Below are positions 59,547-61,860 of a stretch of 61,860 bases of DNA, piece by piece. The DNA is taken from contig CAVUVW010000018.1 in the NCBI GenBank assembly GCA_963745035.1, positions 1 through 61,860 on the forward strand, read 5' to 3'. The notes under the pieces were generated by a model. That model was given only the letters and a program-made list of their open reading frames with translations. It had not been told where the DNA came from and made no database searches. This stretch comes from an uncultured delta proteobacterium. GTDB lineage: Bacteria; Desulfobacterota; Binatia; UBA9968. Positions within the stretch are counted from its first letter, which is position 1. Every line of letters begins with the position of its first letter. The translations under genes and the position numbers were made by a program.

Positions 59547-59712
59547 CATCCAGCTCAGGATGTGCCGCTTTTAATCCGAGTCCGCTCTTCACCTTCTCAA
59601 CAGAATTCAAATCCCCGACCGTCGCGCCGTTTCTCATCCCATTGCAATCAAATCGACGGCTGGAGTAAGTCAGGGTCAGCCCATGTTTACGATTAGATGA
59701 ACGAGGTGGCGC

Positions 59713-61065
59713 GTGAACCAAGCAGCTCAAGAAATTATCGGCGTGACGCAAAAATTCTGCGCGCGCATGGCGGCGGCGCAATTTTCCGACCTGCCCAAGA
59801 AAGCCGTCGATGAAGGAAGGCGCGGCGTGCTCGACTGGTTGGGCTGCGCGCTCGCCGGGAGTAGGCATCCGACGCTCGATCGTTTGCTCCTGGTGCTGCA
59901 AGAGTGCGGCGGCAAACCCCAGGCGACGGTGTTCGGACGCAGTTTAAAACTTGGATTCCTCGATGCGCCGATCGCCAACGGGCAGGCCGGGCACCTGCTC
60001 GACTACGACGACACCCACATGGGCGGCACTCTGCTGCACGCGAGCTCGCCGACCCTTGCGGCGCTGTTTTCACTGGCGGAGCGAGGGTTGGCGAGCGGCG
60101 CGGAATTTCTCATGGCCTACGCGGTAGGATTCGAAGCCGGAGTACGCAGCGGCCGGACGGCGCCGGGGCATCACAAGGGCGGCTGGCATTTGACCGGCAC
60201 GCTCGGCAGCATCGCCGCAGCTGTGGCGGCAGGAAAGCTACTCGGGCTCGACGCCCAACGGATGACCTACGCGATGGCGATCGCCGCGACCCAATCCGCG
60301 GGCATGCAGCAAAATCGCGGCACCATGTGCAAATCCTTTCACGCCGGCAAGGCGGCATCGAGCGGGGTGCTGGCTGCTCTTCTTGCCGAGCGCGGCTTCG
60401 ACGGCTCGCTGGAAATCATCGAGGGCAAGCGCGGCTATTGCCGCATTTACAGTGACGCGGCGTCGCCCGACGAGCTCGTTCAGAATTTGGGCACGGGCTG
60501 GGAAATCGAGCGCAACGGGCACAAACCCTACGCCTGCGGCGTCGTTCAACATCCGGCGATCGATGCGGTGATCGCCATACGCTCCCAGGGCGGCGTCGAT
60601 CCCACGCGCATCGAAGCGATAGCGCTGCGCGTCAATCCATTGGTGATTTCGGTTACCGGAGTCGAGACTCCCGACACCGGTCTGCAATCGAAATTCAGCA
60701 TCTATCACAGCGCCGCCGTGGCCTGGATCGACGGCGCCGCGCGCATCCCGCAGTACACGGACGAGCGCGCCGGCGACCCGGCGGTAGTCGCGCTGCGGCA
60801 GAAGATCAAAGTGACGACCGATCCTTCACTGCGCAGCGATCAGGCAGAGGCGGTCGCGACCGTCGCCGGCATGCGCCACCGAACTTTCGTCGAGCATGCC
60901 AGCGGCACCGCGGACAATCCCATGAGCGATGCGGAGATCGAAGCGAAATTTTTGGCCAACGCGGAACCCGTCATCGGCCCCGACCGGGCGCGGCGCGTGC
61001 GCGATCTGGTACAGAGACTCGATCGGTTAGCGGATATGCGAGAGCTGAGTCAATTGTGCGCCTAG
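59713..61065 (+). CDS. MmgE/PrpD family protein
   Basis: LDWLGCALAG, ANG.AGHLLDYDDTH, GWH.TG, KSFHAG, KPYACG..H, KFS, KFLAN. Confidence 0.92.
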   Translation: MNQAAQEIIGVTQKFCARMAAAQFSDLPKKAVDEGRRGVLDWLGCALAGSRHPTLDRLLLVLQECGGKPQATVFGRSLKLGFLDAPIANGQAGHLLDYDDTHMGGTLLHASSPTLAALFSLAERGLASGAEFLMAYAVGFEAGVRSGRTAPGHHKGGWHLTGTLGSIAAAVAAGKLLGLDAQRMTYAMAIAATQSAGMQQNRGTMCKSFHAGKAASSGVLAALLAERGFDGSLEIIEGKRGYCRIYSDAASPDELVQNLGTGWEIERNGHKPYACGVVQHPAIDAVIAIRSQGGVDPTRIEAIALRVNPLVISVTGVETPDTGLQSKFSIYHSAAVAWIDGAARIPQYTDERAGDPAVVALRQKIKVTTDPSLRSDQAEAVATVAGMRHRTFVEHASGTADNPMSDAEIEAKFLANAEPVIGPDRARRVRDLVQRLDRLADMRELSQLCA

Positions 61066-61093
61066 CCTAGGACGCAAGGAGGCCGGACAACCT

Positions 61094-61807
61094 ATGACGC
61101 AGATGGTTTTCATTCACGGGCCCGGCGCCGGCGGGTGCGCCGAATCGTTCGTTTATCAGCTCGAACATTATCCGGGCAGCCTCGCGCCAACCTTGCCGGG
61201 ACATCCCGAAGGAGCCGCTTGTACGAGTGTGGAGCGATATGCGGAATGGCTGAGAGGCTGGTTATGGTCGCAAGGCAAACGGAAAGAGCTGGTGCTGGTG
61301 GGCTATACCTTGGGCGGTTGCATCGCGCTCCAATACGCTCTCGACTATCCCGACGAGGTCAAGGCGCTGGTGCTGATGACGACGGGCATGCGCCCGCGCG
61401 AGCGCGCGCCGGGGGCGCTGGAGCTGCGCTCGAAAGCCACGGCGGATCCCGAGTCCTACCGGCAATGGCTGGAGCTCATGCGGCATCAGTTTTTGTTTAT
61501 GGAGCCGGAGCTGGCCGAACGTCTCGTCGAATGTCACCGCCGGGTGGGTCCATTGTCGCAGTATCGTGATTTTGTCGCGATCGATCAGTTCGATGTCCGC
61601 GATCGCATTCATACTCTCGAGCCGCCGCTGCTTTTGATCCGCGGCGTCGACGATCCGGCCAAGACGCCGGAATACGAGCTGGAGATCCACCAGGCTGTTG
61701 CCGGTTCACAGTACGTGAAGCTAAACGGTTGCGGTCATTTCCCCTTCGCCGAGCGGCCTGTAGAAGTGAACCGCGCCATCGATGAGTTTCTCTCGCTCCG
61801 GATGTGA
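61094..61807 (+). CDS. Alpha/beta hydrolase with Thr at the nucleophile position
   Basis: VFIHG, LPGH, LVGYTLGG (GxTxG), G.DD, GCGHFP..ERP. Confidence 0.85.
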   Translation: MTQMVFIHGPGAGGCAESFVYQLEHYPGSLAPTLPGHPEGAACTSVERYAEWLRGWLWSQGKRKELVLVGYTLGGCIALQYALDYPDEVKALVLMTTGMRPRERAPGALELRSKATADPESYRQWLELMRHQFLFMEPELAERLVECHRRVGPLSQYRDFVAIDQFDVRDRIHTLEPPLLLIRGVDDPAKTPEYELEIHQAVAGSQYVKLNGCGHFPFAERPVEVNRAIDEFLSLRM

Positions 61808-61860
61808 GAAACGGCCTGTACCAATGGGCAAGCGGCGTGAGGTATGAGGCGTGAGTAAGA

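Overview
This is a GC-rich bacterial chromosomal window. Its gene content (many orphan NMT1/SsuA-type and Bug/TctC solute-binding proteins, UbiD paralogues, and families of palindromic intergenic repeats) resembles Candidatus Binatia / deltaproteobacterial genomes; that assignment is inference only. The window is mostly catabolic and transport genes: two tripartite tricarboxylate transporter loci, three UbiD decarboxylases, a split ThDP ComDE-like decarboxylase, four 4,5-dihydroxyphthalate-decarboxylase-like PBP-fold proteins, two class II aldolase-fold proteins, a PqqC/CADD-like diiron protein, two CoA ligases, two crotonases and a lone xanthine-dehydrogenase-family Mo subunit. It also carries a convergent CbbQ/NorQ plus CbbO/NorD pair with no Rubisco or NO reductase nearby, and gap preceded by a GAPDH paralogue that has lost its catalytic residues. 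An AT-richer insertion at about 55.7-59.4 kb truncates an ABC-2 permease and carries a probable transposase tail and a fragmented SEC-C-motif gene. More than 20 genes are broken by single-base frameshifts, most likely long-read assembly errors, so joined coordinates are approximate. I found no rRNA, tRNA or CRISPR array. Strongest leads: (1) the pseudo-GAPDH/gap pair; (2) a signal-less Cys/His-motif PBP-fold protein beside the orphan AAA+/VWA chaperone pair; (3) the OphC-like/diiron/aldolase cluster; (4) a UbiD with an altered catalytic triad; (5) the non-autonomous palindromic repeat families.
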